Made by a program: the position numbers and the translations under genes
Notes under the pieces: generated by a model
Told to the model about the DNA's origin: nothing
Seen by the model: only the letters and a program-made list of their open reading frames with translations
Database searches by the model: none
Shown: positions 15,199-23,305 of the stretch, piece after piece
Position numbering within the stretch: position 1 is the stretch's first letter
How the letters are laid out: each line of letters opens with the position of its first letter
Assembly (NCBI RefSeq): GCF_004919095.1
Contig: NZ_STGJ01000017.1
Coordinates: forward strand, 13,275 to 45,274
Direction: 5' to 3'
Origin: Crenobacter intestini
GTDB lineage: Bacteria; Pseudomonadota; Gammaproteobacteria; Burkholderiales; Chromobacteriaceae
Length of the DNA stretch: 32,000 nt

Positions 15199-15209
15199 GG
15201 CTGGTGTCC

Positions 15210-15407
15210 TCAAGCTGCGGCGAATTGCGGGCGGGATTGCTCCCAGGCTTCAAGGTCGTCGATGCTGAACAGCGTCGCGGAGCCAAACTTGCGCGGCTTC
15301 GGGAACTCGGGATCAGTGGCAAGCCACCGGTAAACGGTCGTGCGCGTCACGCTGTAGCGTGCGGCGACTTGGGCGGGGCGGATGAATTTCTGGTCTGTAG
15401 AGATCAT
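15210..15407 (-). CDS. alpA: AlpA-family (MerR-like HTH) transcriptional regulator / excisionase-like
   Basis: 65 aa. IRPAQVAARYSVTRTTVYRWLATDPEFPKPRKFG....FSIDDLEAWE follows the AlpA/Phage_AlpA pattern. Confidence 0.85.
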   Translation of the reverse strand: MISTDQKFIRPAQVAARYSVTRTTVYRWLATDPEFPKPRKFGSATLFSIDDLEAWEQSRPQFAAA

Positions 15408-15603
15408 AAAGCGCCTTATCTTGGTGCCAAGGCGGCAGCAAACGGCGACAGACGGCGCGAAACGGGGCTATGCAACTGCACATAACTAGTTGTAACATCC
15501 CGTAACTCGACGCTAGTCGGGTATTCCCTTCCAAGGAATGTGTGCTGGCCTTTGGCTGGTTACTGCGCCGTCCTCTGCGTCAACAGAGTCCTGCGCCAGA
15601 AAT

Positions 15604-15630
15604 GGCTGCCCAACTGGGCGGCCTTTTTTT
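15604..15630 (+). terminator. plus-strand terminator-like hairpin + T7 inside the int-alpA gap (opposite to all island genes)
   Basis: ggctgccc-aact-gggcggcc is followed by ttttttt. On the minus strand the run is upstream of the stem, so the element is oriented for plus-strand transcripts only. Confidence 0.4.
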
Positions 15631-15907
15631 GTGCCTGTATGTATCACCGGCAAACGAGATTGTACGGACTGTGCCCCACGCACGCCATCATTGACACGCA
15701 CGCCTTTCCCCGCCCGACGGCCTGTGACCAAACTGTGCCCACCCATGAACAGGCGAAGGGCTTTTGTTGGAAAACAAATGGCGCGGAATGGCGCATGCAA
15801 TTTGTTTTGTTGGTGTGCGCTTTTTTTCGTGCGCCCCTCCCATTCGGTGAAAAAAACCGGTCGGGGTGCCGCCTAAAGTGTTGTGTTTTAAATACAAGCC
15901 TAAAAAA

Positions 15908-17473
15908 TCATCCCGTCTTGCGTGCAAAGCCGATGACGTTGGTCGAGTCGGCGCTCGGTTGCTCGCCTCGCTGGCACGCCTCAAGCGCACGCCCTAGCTC
16001 GTCCAGCGCCTTGCAACGATCATCCCAAGCTGAAAAACGGACATAGCGCCCCGTCACGCCATGCGGGTCAGCGTGGGCAAGGATGCGCTGAACAACGTCC
16101 CAATCGGCAGCCACCAGCCCCATCAGTAGCGTTGCCGCCGTGCGTCGCAGGTCATACAACGTCCACTTGCCGAACGGCATGTTGTACAGGTCGGTTTCCT
16201 TGCGGCAGCGCCGGCTTTCCATGCGCTTGGCAACCCTGGCGGCGAACTCCTCGTCGGTTGCAGATGCATCCTTGTAAAGCTGGCGCTTGGAAATGTCCGT
16301 CCCCACGTTGTCACGCCGAACATGCGCGTTCGCTTTGCGCGGCGCCTGGAATACGAACTCGCCGGTCTTGAACTCCAGCATCTGCGCCAGTTGCGCAGCG
16401 GCGTAGTCGGACAGGTGAACATGATGCGTCTTGCCGGCCTTCATGGTTCCAGCCGGAAAGATGATGACGCGGCGATCCAGCAGCACCCACTTCCAGCGCA
16501 AAGCCACAGCCTGACTGGCACGGATGCCGGTCGCCAGCATCAGACGGATGATCGCCTTGCCGGTCTCGGCCTGACTGCTCGCCGGCAGCTTCTTGTTCAG
16601 TAACTCGACCACCTCTTCCAGCTTCAGCGCGCGGCCTGCCTTGTCGTCCTCGGCATCCTCACCGATCACGCCATCACCATGCTTTGCCAGGTACTTGGCG
16701 GCGTCGAATGAATCAGGGGACTGGCGCTTGCCGGCAATCCGGTTGGCGCGCGGCACTCGCAAGTGCAGCAGCGGGTGCGACTCGTCCACCAGCGCACGGT
16801 CGGCGCCCCAGGCGACCACCTGTTTGACCAGCGCAAGCGCGACCTTGGCAGTTGCGTCCTTGCCGGCCTTCTTCAGCCGGTCATAGTGCTTGATAAGCGG
16901 CGCGCGGTCGGCTTGACTCACCTTCAGTCGGCCAACCAGCGGCGACACATGGCAGCGCCAGTGCGACTGCCTCACGGCTCGCCAGTGCGGCGCCAGCATC
17001 ACACCATGCGATGCGTCCCACTGCGCGAACAGCTCGTCCATCGTCAGTTCGGCAGCAGCGCGTTCTTCTGCCTCGCGCTCGGCCTTGGCTCTGGTCTCTT
17101 CAGCTTCGATGCGCGCCCTCTCCGCTTCCTCTTCGCGTTGGCGCTCGACAGCAGCAGCGGCCAGCACTTCGCGCGGGTCTCTTGGTTCGGTTCCGCTCCC
17201 GTCTTTGGGCGGGCGCAACCAAGCGCGGTACTGGTCGGCGGCGGCTCTGGCGATTTTGGTCGATTGCGCGCGCTCGGCTTTGGTCTCGCCAAACGGGCAG
17301 ATGATGATCGCCGCACGCCCACCATTCCAGGAATACCGGAACCTCCACTGCTTGTTCCGTGGCCTTAGGCGAAGCTCAAGACCATCCCCATCGCGCAGCA
17401 CTAGCTCTGCTTCACCGGCTGGCAGCTTTGCGTTCTCGATTTCCTTCGCGGTCAAAAGACGTGTAGCGGGCAT
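15908..17473 (-). CDS. int: tyrosine site-specific integrase, P4-like (DUF4102 arm-binding N-terminus)
   Basis: From the ATG at 17473: LTAKEIENAKLPAGE...LRDGDGLELRLRPRNKQWRFRY (DUF4102 pattern). Catalytic-domain elements are ATGIRASQAVALRW, LYDLRRTAATLL and LAHADPHGVTGRYVR. The track's 50-codon 5' extension crosses the arm repeat. Confidence 0.9.
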   Translation of the reverse strand: MPATRLLTAKEIENAKLPAGEAELVLRDGDGLELRLRPRNKQWRFRYSWNGGRAAIIICPFGETKAERAQSTKIARAAADQYRAWLRPPKDGSGTEPRDPREVLAAAAVERQREEEAERARIEAEETRAKAEREAEERAAAELTMDELFAQWDASHGVMLAPHWRAVRQSHWRCHVSPLVGRLKVSQADRAPLIKHYDRLKKAGKDATAKVALALVKQVVAWGADRALVDESHPLLHLRVPRANRIAGKRQSPDSFDAAKYLAKHGDGVIGEDAEDDKAGRALKLEEVVELLNKKLPASSQAETGKAIIRLMLATGIRASQAVALRWKWVLLDRRVIIFPAGTMKAGKTHHVHLSDYAAAQLAQMLEFKTGEFVFQAPRKANAHVRRDNVGTDISKRQLYKDASATDEEFAARVAKRMESRRCRKETDLYNMPFGKWTLYDLRRTAATLLMGLVAADWDVVQRILAHADPHGVTGRYVRFSAWDDRCKALDELGRALEACQRGEQPSADSTNVIGFARKTG

Positions 17474-17491
17474 GGCAGTCCTCGAACTAAA

Positions 17492-17530
17492 AAACTGGGG
17501 GCAAACTGGGGTACAGTTGGCGCGCGCTAC
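17492..17530 (+). repeat. 39-bp arm repeat copy 2, immediately upstream of int
   Basis: aaactgggggcaaactggggtacagttggcgcgcgctac lies 18 nt upstream of the int ATG and ends 113 nt before attR. Confidence 0.5.
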
Positions 17531-17643
17531 CATGATACACGCTGATAGATGATGCGACACACGCTTGGAATGAAGCCTTGTAAAATAAGGCTTTGCGCGG
17601 ATTTGGGTTACGCGGACTTTCAACAGATGACATAAAACAGCCT

Positions 17644-17699
17644 GTTTCCGAAGCTGAAGGTCACAGGTTCGATCCCTGTCGGGTGCGCCAGATAAATCA
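17644..17699 (+). repeat. attR: 56-bp direct repeat (orphan 3' half of tRNA-Arg)
   Basis: Identical to 10727-10782. The tRNA 5' half is absent upstream, so this is not a gene. Confidence 0.88.
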
Positions 17700-17924
17700 A
17701 GGGCTTGCGTTTATACGACGCGAGCCCTTGTCCGTTTCTGCTCCCTGCCGTCATGCCGGCGCCACGCCGGTGCACCCCCGCGCCAAAACGCCGATCCTGC
17801 CCGTCCTGATACTTCCTTATCCGTTTTTCCTGTCCTAGGCTAGTAAACGTGCGAAAAGCATGCCTGACGCTTTCTCTTCGCAGCCCCCGCCACGATCAGG
17901 TGGCCTGCCCGCAAAGGACGCCAA

Positions 17925-18545
17925 ATGCCCCGGAACATATGGATGCTGCTGCTTGCGGCGTGGGTGTCGCTGCTCTCCGGCTGCGGCTACAACACCCTGC
18001 AGTCCACCGACGAGCAGATCAATTCCAGCTGGTCCGAGGTGCTGAACCAGTATCAGCGCCGCGCCGACCTGGTCCCCAACCTGGTGCGGACCGTCCAGGG
18101 CTACGCCAAGCACGAGCAGGCGGTATTGCTTCAGGTGACCGAGGCGCGCGCCCGGGTGGGTAGCCTGCAGATCACGCCGGAACTTGCCAACGACCCGGAA
18201 GCGCTGGCGCGCTTCCAGGCGGAGCAGGCCAAACTGGGCGGCGCGCTGTCCCGCCTGCTGGCGGTCAGCGAGAACTACCCCCAACTCAAGGCCGACGCGG
18301 GCTTCCGCGACCTGCAGGCCCAGCTTGAAGGCACGGAAAACCGCATCGCGGTCGCCCGCAACCGCTACATCAAGGCGGTGCAGGACTACAACCTGACCGT
18401 GCGCAGCTTCCCGTCCAACCTGACCGCGATGGTGCTGGGCTACAAGGTCAAACCCAACTTCACCGTCGAGAACGAGAAGGCCATCAGCACGGCACCGCAG
18501 GTCGACTTCGGCGCGCCGCCCCCCGCCCCAGCAGCCGGAAACTGA
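17925..18545 (+). CDS. lemA: LemA family lipoprotein
   Basis: The signal peptide with lipobox is WVSLLSGC. YNTLQSTDEQINSSWSEVLNQYQRRADLVPNLV...ENYPQLKA...F..LQ..LEGTENRI..AR..Y is the LemA pattern. Confidence 0.88.
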   Translation: MPRNIWMLLLAAWVSLLSGCGYNTLQSTDEQINSSWSEVLNQYQRRADLVPNLVRTVQGYAKHEQAVLLQVTEARARVGSLQITPELANDPEALARFQAEQAKLGGALSRLLAVSENYPQLKADAGFRDLQAQLEGTENRIAVARNRYIKAVQDYNLTVRSFPSNLTAMVLGYKVKPNFTVENEKAISTAPQVDFGAPPPAPAAGN

Positions 18546-18546
18546 C

Positions 18547-19422
18547 ATGTCCGCCCTGCTGCCCCGCACCCTGGTCTGGCTTTGCTGCCTATGGCTCTCT
18601 TGCGCGGGCGCCGCCTTGGCCGAAGTGGCGGTCCCGCCGCTCAAGGCGCGGGTCACCGACCTGACCGGCACGCTCAGCGCCGAACAGCAGGCCGCGCTGG
18701 AAGCCAAACTGGCCGCCTTCGAAGCCGAAAAGGGCAGCCAGATCGCGCTCTTGATGGTGCCCGGCACGGAAGGCGAGCCGATCGAACAGTACGCGCTCAG
18801 GGTCGCCGAGCAATGGAAGCTGGGGCGCAAGGGGGTGGACGACGGCGCCTTGCTGGTGGTGGCCAAGGACGACCGCGCCTTGCGCATCGAAGTGGGCTAC
18901 GGGCTGGAAGGCGCGCTGAACGACGCGACCAGCAAGCGCATCATCAGCGAGGTGATCGTCCCCCGCTTCCGCCAGGGCGACTTTGCCGGCGGCGTTAACG
19001 CCGGCGTGGACAGCATGCTGCGGGTGGCCGGCGGCGAGCCGCTGCCGCCGCCTGCCAAGGCCGAGCCTTCCGCGCAGTCGCAACTGATGGAGCTGGCACC
19101 GCTGATCCTGCTGGTGGTGGTGTCGCTGGGCAGCCTCTTGCGCCTCGCCGTGGGCCGGCTACCGGCGGCCCTGCTGACCGGCGGCGGGGTATCGGTGGCG
19201 GTCTGGCTGCTGCTCGGCGCGGGCGGTGTGGCGCTGCTGTGCGGCGCGCTGGCCTTCCTGTTCACCCTGTTCGGCAGGCTGGGCGGACATGGCGGCTGGC
19301 GCAGCGGCGGCAGGGGCCGCGGCGGTGGTTTTGGTGGCGGTTTCGGTGGCGGTTTCGGGGGCGGCGGCTTTGGCGGAGGGGGCGGCGGCTTCGGGGGCGG
19401 CGGCGCCTCGGGGAGATGGTGA
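18547..19422 (+). CDS. TPM-domain (YgcG-like) membrane protein with Gly/Phe-rich tail
   Basis: The protein has a signal peptide and a TPM_phosphatase pattern (VTDLTGTLSAEQQAALEAKL...GSQIALLMVP...ALLVVAKDDRALRIEVGYGLEG). TM helices follow, and the C-terminus is GGGFGGGFGGGFGGGGFGGGGGGFGGGGASGRW. The start is 1 nt after the lemA stop. Confidence 0.85.
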   Translation: MSALLPRTLVWLCCLWLSCAGAALAEVAVPPLKARVTDLTGTLSAEQQAALEAKLAAFEAEKGSQIALLMVPGTEGEPIEQYALRVAEQWKLGRKGVDDGALLVVAKDDRALRIEVGYGLEGALNDATSKRIISEVIVPRFRQGDFAGGVNAGVDSMLRVAGGEPLPPPAKAEPSAQSQLMELAPLILLVVVSLGSLLRLAVGRLPAALLTGGGVSVAVWLLLGAGGVALLCGALAFLFTLFGRLGGHGGWRSGGRGRGGGFGGGFGGGFGGGGFGGGGGGFGGGGASGRW

Positions 19423-19925
19423 TGAACAGCCTGCCACGCATTCTCCGCCACCTGGGCATGAGCGGCCGCCAGCTTGGGCGGCGCTTTCCGCCGACCACGC
19501 TCGCCGCCATCGAACAGGCGATCCGCGACAGCGAACGGCTGCACGGCGGGCAGATCTGCTTCGCGCTGGAGGGCGCCCTGTCCGCCAGCGCGCTGTTTGC
19601 CGGCGAGCCTGCGCGCGAGCGCGCGCTCGAGGTGTTTTCTCTGCTGCGCGTGTGGGACACCGAACACAACAACGGCGTGCTGATCTACCTGCTGCTGGCC
19701 GACCGCGACGTCGAGATCGTCGCCGACCGCGGCATCCATGCGCGGGTCGACCCGCAGGAATGGGAAGCGGCCTGCCGCGAGATGGAGGCCGCGTTCCGCG
19801 ACGGGCGCTTCGAAGCGGGCGCCATCGGCGGCATCCAGGCAGTGGCCCGGCTGCTGGCCAGGCACTTCCCCGCCCCGGCTGCGCCTTCCCGCAACGAGTT
19901 GCCCGACCGGCCGGTGGTGCTGTGA
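19416..19925 (+). CDS. TPM-domain protein (soluble, second in operon)
   Basis: ATG GTG ATG overlaps the upstream stop. FALEGALS...VWDTEHNNGVLIYLLLADRDVEIVADRGI...W is the TPM pattern. The start could instead be 19422. Confidence 0.8.
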   Translation: MVMNSLPRILRHLGMSGRQLGRRFPPTTLAAIEQAIRDSERLHGGQICFALEGALSASALFAGEPARERALEVFSLLRVWDTEHNNGVLIYLLLADRDVEIVADRGIHARVDPQEWEAACREMEAAFRDGRFEAGAIGGIQAVARLLARHFPAPAAPSRNELPDRPVVL

Positions 19926-20078
19926 GCCCGGCCGGAGTGTCCGTAAAGAGGCGCGTGCTTGTCCTGCAGGAAGAAGGCCCGGTCCGGCCAATCAGGACGT
20001 CACCCCGGCAGCGATGCGCGGGCCGCCACACCGCCGCGCACGATGCCCTGCCCGGTCAGGCTCGGGAGGCAACCGTCA

Positions 20079-21080
20079 TCACTTGCCGGTGGTGATGCGG
20101 TCGAACACGCCACCATCGTCGAAGTGCTTGGTTTGCAACGCCGTCCAGCCGCCCAACTGGTCGATGCTGACCAGCTTGACCTTGGGGAAGGCTGCGGCCG
20201 TTTCGCGCGCTACCGCCGGATTGGTCGGCCGGTAGTAGTGCTTGGCAGCGGCACGTTGTGCGTCCGGGGTGTACAGGTAGTTCAGGTAGGCTTCCGCCTG
20301 CTTGCGGGTACCGCGCTTGTCGACGACCTTGTCGACGACGGCCACCGGCGGCTCGGCCTTGATCGACAGGGGCGGCACCACGATGTCGACCTTGTCCGGC
20401 CCGAGTTCCTGCTTGGCCAGAAGCGCCTCGTTCTCCCACGCCAGCAACACGTCGCCGATGCCGCGCTGCACGAAGGTCATGGTCGAACCACGCGCGCCGG
20501 TGTCCAGCACCGGCACGTTGGCGTACAGCTTTTTCAGGTAATCCTGCGCCGATGCCTCGGTGGCGCCGGGTTGCTTGAGCGCCCACGCGTAGGCGGCGAG
20601 GTAGTTCCAGCGTGCACCACCGGAGGTTTTCGGGTTCGGGGTGATCACCTGCACGCCGGGTTTAACCAGGTCGCTCCAGTTCTTGATCTGCTTCGGGTTG
20701 TCCTTGCGGACGAGGAACACGATGGTCGAAGTGAACGGTGTACTGTTCTGCGGCAGCCGCTTTTGCCAGTTGGCGGGCAGCAGTTTGGCATGGGTGGCGA
20801 TGGCGTCGATGTCGGAAGCCAGGGCCAACGTCACCACGTCGGCTTCCAGGCCGTCGATCACCGAACGCGACTGTTTGCCCGAACCGCCGTGCGACTGCTT
20901 GATGGTCAGCGCCTCGCCGGTCTTCTTCTGCCACTGTGCGGCAAAGCCCTGGTTGATGTCCTTGTACAACTCGCGGGTCGGGTCGTACGACACGTTGAGC
21001 AAGGTTGCCTCGGCGGCAGCAGTGCCCACCAGCGACAGCGCCAGCAAGGACGCGAGCAGTTTTTGCGTGAACGGCTTCAT
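20079..21080 (-). CDS. sbp: sulfate/thiosulfate ABC transporter substrate-binding protein
   Basis: The signal peptide is [41 protein letters not shown]...W..KTGE...[26 protein letters not shown] is the Sbp/CysP pattern. GGGAG is the SD. No cysTWA genes are adjacent. Confidence 0.9.
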   Translation of the reverse strand: MKPFTQKLLASLLALSLVGTAAAEATLLNVSYDPTRELYKDINQGFAAQWQKKTGEALTIKQSHGGSGKQSRSVIDGLEADVVTLALASDIDAIATHAKLLPANWQKRLPQNSTPFTSTIVFLVRKDNPKQIKNWSDLVKPGVQVITPNPKTSGGARWNYLAAYAWALKQPGATEASAQDYLKKLYANVPVLDTGARGSTMTFVQRGIGDVLLAWENEALLAKQELGPDKVDIVVPPLSIKAEPPVAVVDKVVDKRGTRKQAEAYLNYLYTPDAQRAAAKHYYRPTNPAVARETAAAFPKVKLVSIDQLGGWTALQTKHFDDGGVFDRITTGK

Positions 21081-21260
21081 GGATCACTCCCTGTATATGT
21101 CTTTTGGAAGCTCCATTCTGAACGAACCGTATATATTGAAAAATAATATAAAATGATTTTGTAATTCCAGATGGGAATTTAAACGTTCTGCCACGCCGCC
21201 CTGCCTGCAAGCGGGTACGGCCAACCGGCCCCGCCGCCGTCGCCCGCCAGACGCCCCCGC

Positions 21261-22313
21261 TCACGCCGGCGCGCCGCGCCCGGCAAACCAGCGCCGGCCC
21301 ATCCACAGGGCCGCATTCACCAACAGGATCAGCACCGGCACCTCGACCAGCGGGCCGATCACCGCGGCAAACGCAACCGGGCTGGCCAGCCCGAAGGCGG
21401 CGATCGCCACCGCGATGGCCAGTTCGAAGTTGTTGCTGGCGGCGGTGAAGCTCATCGCCGTGGTCTTGGCGTAGTCCTCGCCGGCCAGGCGCCCCATCAG
21501 GAAGCTGACGAAGAACATCACCACAAAATAAATCGTCAGCGGCAAGGCGATGCGCAGCGCGTCGAGCGGCAGGCGCACCACGTCGGCGCCCTTCAGGCTG
21601 AACATGGCGACGATGGTCATGAGCAGTGCGACCAGCGTCAGCGGGCCGATCTTCGGCAGGAAGCGCGTCTCGTACCAGGTGCTGCCGCGGCGCGCGACCA
21701 GCCACTTGCGGGTCAGGAAACCGGCGGCGAACGGGATGCCCAGATACACCAGCACCGCCTCGGCAATGGTGGTGAAGCCGACGTCGATCACCTGTCCCTG
21801 CAGGCCGAACAGCGGCGGCAGCACCGAGAGATAAACCCAGGCGAACACGCTGAAGAACAGGATCTGGAAGATCGAGTTGAACGCGATGAGGCCTGCGACG
21901 TACTGGTTGTCGCCGCGCGCAAGCTGGTTCCACACGATCACCATCGCGATGCAGCGCGCAAGCCCGATCAGGATCACCCCGGTCATGTACTCGGGCGAGT
22001 CCCCCAGAAAAATCACCGCCAGCGCGAACATCAGCGCCGGGCCAACCACCCAGTTTTGCAGCAGGGACAGCGCCAGCATGCGCTTGTCGGCGAATACGCG
22101 CGGCAGGTCCTCGTAATGCACGCGGGCGAGCGGCGGATACATCATCACGATCAGGCCGATGGCGATCGGCAGGTTGGTCGAACCGACCGACAGGCTGTTC
22201 AACCACCCGGGAAAGCCGGGGATGACAGTGCCCAGCACGATCCCCAGCGCCATCGCGCCGAAGATCCAAAGGGTCAGGTAACGGTCGAGGAAGGACAGGC
22301 GTCCGGCTTGCAT
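21261..22313 (-). CDS. acr3: arsenite efflux permease, ACR3 family
   Basis: The ATG at 22313 is preceded by AAGGAG; the track start at 22328 is [23 protein letters not shown]...P........[24 protein letters not shown] is the ACR3 pattern. Confidence 0.92.
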   Translation of the reverse strand: MQAGRLSFLDRYLTLWIFGAMALGIVLGTVIPGFPGWLNSLSVGSTNLPIAIGLIVMMYPPLARVHYEDLPRVFADKRMLALSLLQNWVVGPALMFALAVIFLGDSPEYMTGVILIGLARCIAMVIVWNQLARGDNQYVAGLIAFNSIFQILFFSVFAWVYLSVLPPLFGLQGQVIDVGFTTIAEAVLVYLGIPFAAGFLTRKWLVARRGSTWYETRFLPKIGPLTLVALLMTIVAMFSLKGADVVRLPLDALRIALPLTIYFVVMFFVSFLMGRLAGEDYAKTTAMSFTAASNNFELAIAVAIAAFGLASPVAFAAVIGPLVEVPVLILLVNAALWMGRRWFAGRGAPA

Positions 22314-22337
22314 GCAAGGCTCCTTCAAGATTGGGGC

Positions 22338-22811
22338 TCAGCCTACTTCGCGGCCGATGCGGTCGAGCTCGGCCTTGAGCGCGGCTTTATCCAGCGTTTC
22401 GAGCGGCAGCGCGAGCATTGCCTCGATGCGCGCGCGCAAGGTGCGGTACGCCGCCATGAAGGCCGCGTTGATTTGTTCGTCGGTGCCGGTCGCGTGCGCC
22501 GGGTCGTCCACGCCCCAGTGCGTGCGCAGCACCGGCCCCAAGTAAGCCGGGCAGGTCTCGCCGGCGGCGGACGCGCACACGGTGATCACGATGTCCGGCA
22601 CCGCCGGCAGCGCGTCCCAGCTTTTGCTGGAAACACCGTCCGTCTGCATTCCTTCACGCGCCAGCAGGACGAGCGAGCGCGGGTGGACGTAACCGGCAGG
22701 CTGGCTGCCGGCACTCATCGCCCGCCAGCCTTCAGGCGCCAGATGGTTGAAGGTGACTTCGCCGAGAATGGAGCGGCACGAGTTGCCGGTGCACAGAAAC
22801 AGCACGTTCAT
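22338..22811 (-). CDS. arsC: arsenate reductase, LMW-PTPase (thioredoxin-coupled) type
   Basis: From the ATG at 22811: MNVLFLCTGNSCRSILGE (CX5R P-loop), with downstream Cys residues in VITVCASAAGETCP. Its start has a 4-nt overlap with the arsR stop. Confidence 0.9.
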   Translation of the reverse strand: MNVLFLCTGNSCRSILGEVTFNHLAPEGWRAMSAGSQPAGYVHPRSLVLLAREGMQTDGVSSKSWDALPAVPDIVITVCASAAGETCPAYLGPVLRTHWGVDDPAHATGTDEQINAAFMAAYRTLRARIEAMLALPLETLDKAALKAELDRIGREVG

Positions 22812-23182
22812 GGTTTGAGTTCCGTCGGAGGTGAAACAGGGGGCTGCAGCACGGCCGGACACGCTGGCGCCGCGCACGCGTCCAGACATTGCCCGGGCTC
22901 GCCGCTGCAGCACTCGGCGGTCAGGTAGGCAACCAGGTCCAGCATCAACGCGAGGTTGGCGCGGTAGCGCTGGAAGCGCCCCTCCTGCGTCACTGACACC
23001 AGGCCCGCGTGGGTCAGCGCCTTCAGGTGGAAGGACAGCTTGTTTGGCGCGATAGCAAGCGCGCTGGCGATCTCGCCGGCGACAAGGCCCGCGTGGCCGT
23101 GTTTGACCAAGAGGCGGAAGGCGTCGAGCCGGATGCCGGAGGCGAGCGACTCGAACAGTTGGGCGGCGGTCTGGTTTTCCAT
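22808..23182 (-). CDS. arsR: ArsR/SmtB family metalloregulator
   Basis: The wHTH region is LFESLASGIRLDAFRLLVKHG...VAGEIASALAIAPNKLSFHLKALTHAGLV. The C-terminal Cys cluster is ECCSGEPGQCLDAC. It is the first gene of arsR-arsC-acr3. Confidence 0.9.
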   Translation of the reverse strand: MENQTAAQLFESLASGIRLDAFRLLVKHGHAGLVAGEIASALAIAPNKLSFHLKALTHAGLVSVTQEGRFQRYRANLALMLDLVAYLTAECCSGEPGQCLDACAAPACPAVLQPPVSPPTELKP

Positions 23183-23183
23183 G

Positions 23184-23209
23184 CTTCAATATTACGACGA
23201 TTATTGAAG
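23184..23209. promoter_or_regulatory. 8-bp perfect inverted repeat abutting the arsR start; candidate ArsR operator
   Basis: cttcaata-N10-tattgaag begins 2 nt upstream of the arsR ATG, in the AT-rich 123-bp divergent intergenic region. Confidence 0.35.
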
Positions 23210-23305
23210 TGTCTACCAGCCAGATTTGGCAATCTTAAATATTTAAAAAAACACATTGGCGTATTTGCTAAAAATAAGACGTGACCGGACAGGAGTCTCC
23301 CCCCG

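Larger units (their letters stand above)
10727..17699. mobile_element. integrated ~6.9 kb P4-integrase-type genomic island / candidate minimal phage satellite at tRNA-Arg(CCG)
   Basis: The element is flanked by perfect 56-bp direct repeats of the tRNA 3' half. It contains a tyrosine integrase, AlpA and a primase-helicase. Local GC drops (~40% at 11.4-11.56 kb) contrast with the flanks. Confidence 0.85.

Noticed and set aside
15513-16046. 95-aa (-) and 168-aa (+) ORFs in the int-alpA gap
   Set aside because: They have no SD and Cys/Arg/Pro-rich improbable sequences, and the plus ORF runs antisense into int. The region is treated as non-coding (see finding).
17644-17699. Possible second tRNA-Arg gene
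   Set aside because: Only the anticodon-loop-to-CCA portion is present. There is no acceptor 5' strand or D-arm upstream. It is the att duplication.
19300-19420. Short tandem GGT/GGC/TTC repeats considered as a CRISPR-like or microsatellite array
   Set aside because: The units are 9-12 bp, in frame and without spacers. They encode the Gly/Phe tail of the TPM membrane protein.
17835-19991. 350-aa and 364-aa minus-strand ORFs opposite lemA/TPM genes, including a proline/lysine repeat (PPPKPPPPPPKPPPPKPP)
   Set aside because: The Pro-rich repeat is simply the reverse complement of the Gly/Phe-rich YgcG tail. The plus-strand genes have signal peptides, domain motifs and translational coupling.
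21163-21179. 6-bp inverted repeat aattcc-N5-ggaatt in the AT-rich sbp upstream region as a possible CysB-type site
   Set aside because: It is too short to distinguish from chance in an AT-rich 180-bp tract, and no recognisable consensus could be matched by eye.
19959-22317. 395-aa (+) and 551-aa (-) ORFs overlapping sbp and acr3
   Set aside because: They are alternative or antisense frames of genes with strong family signatures and show no independent start signals.
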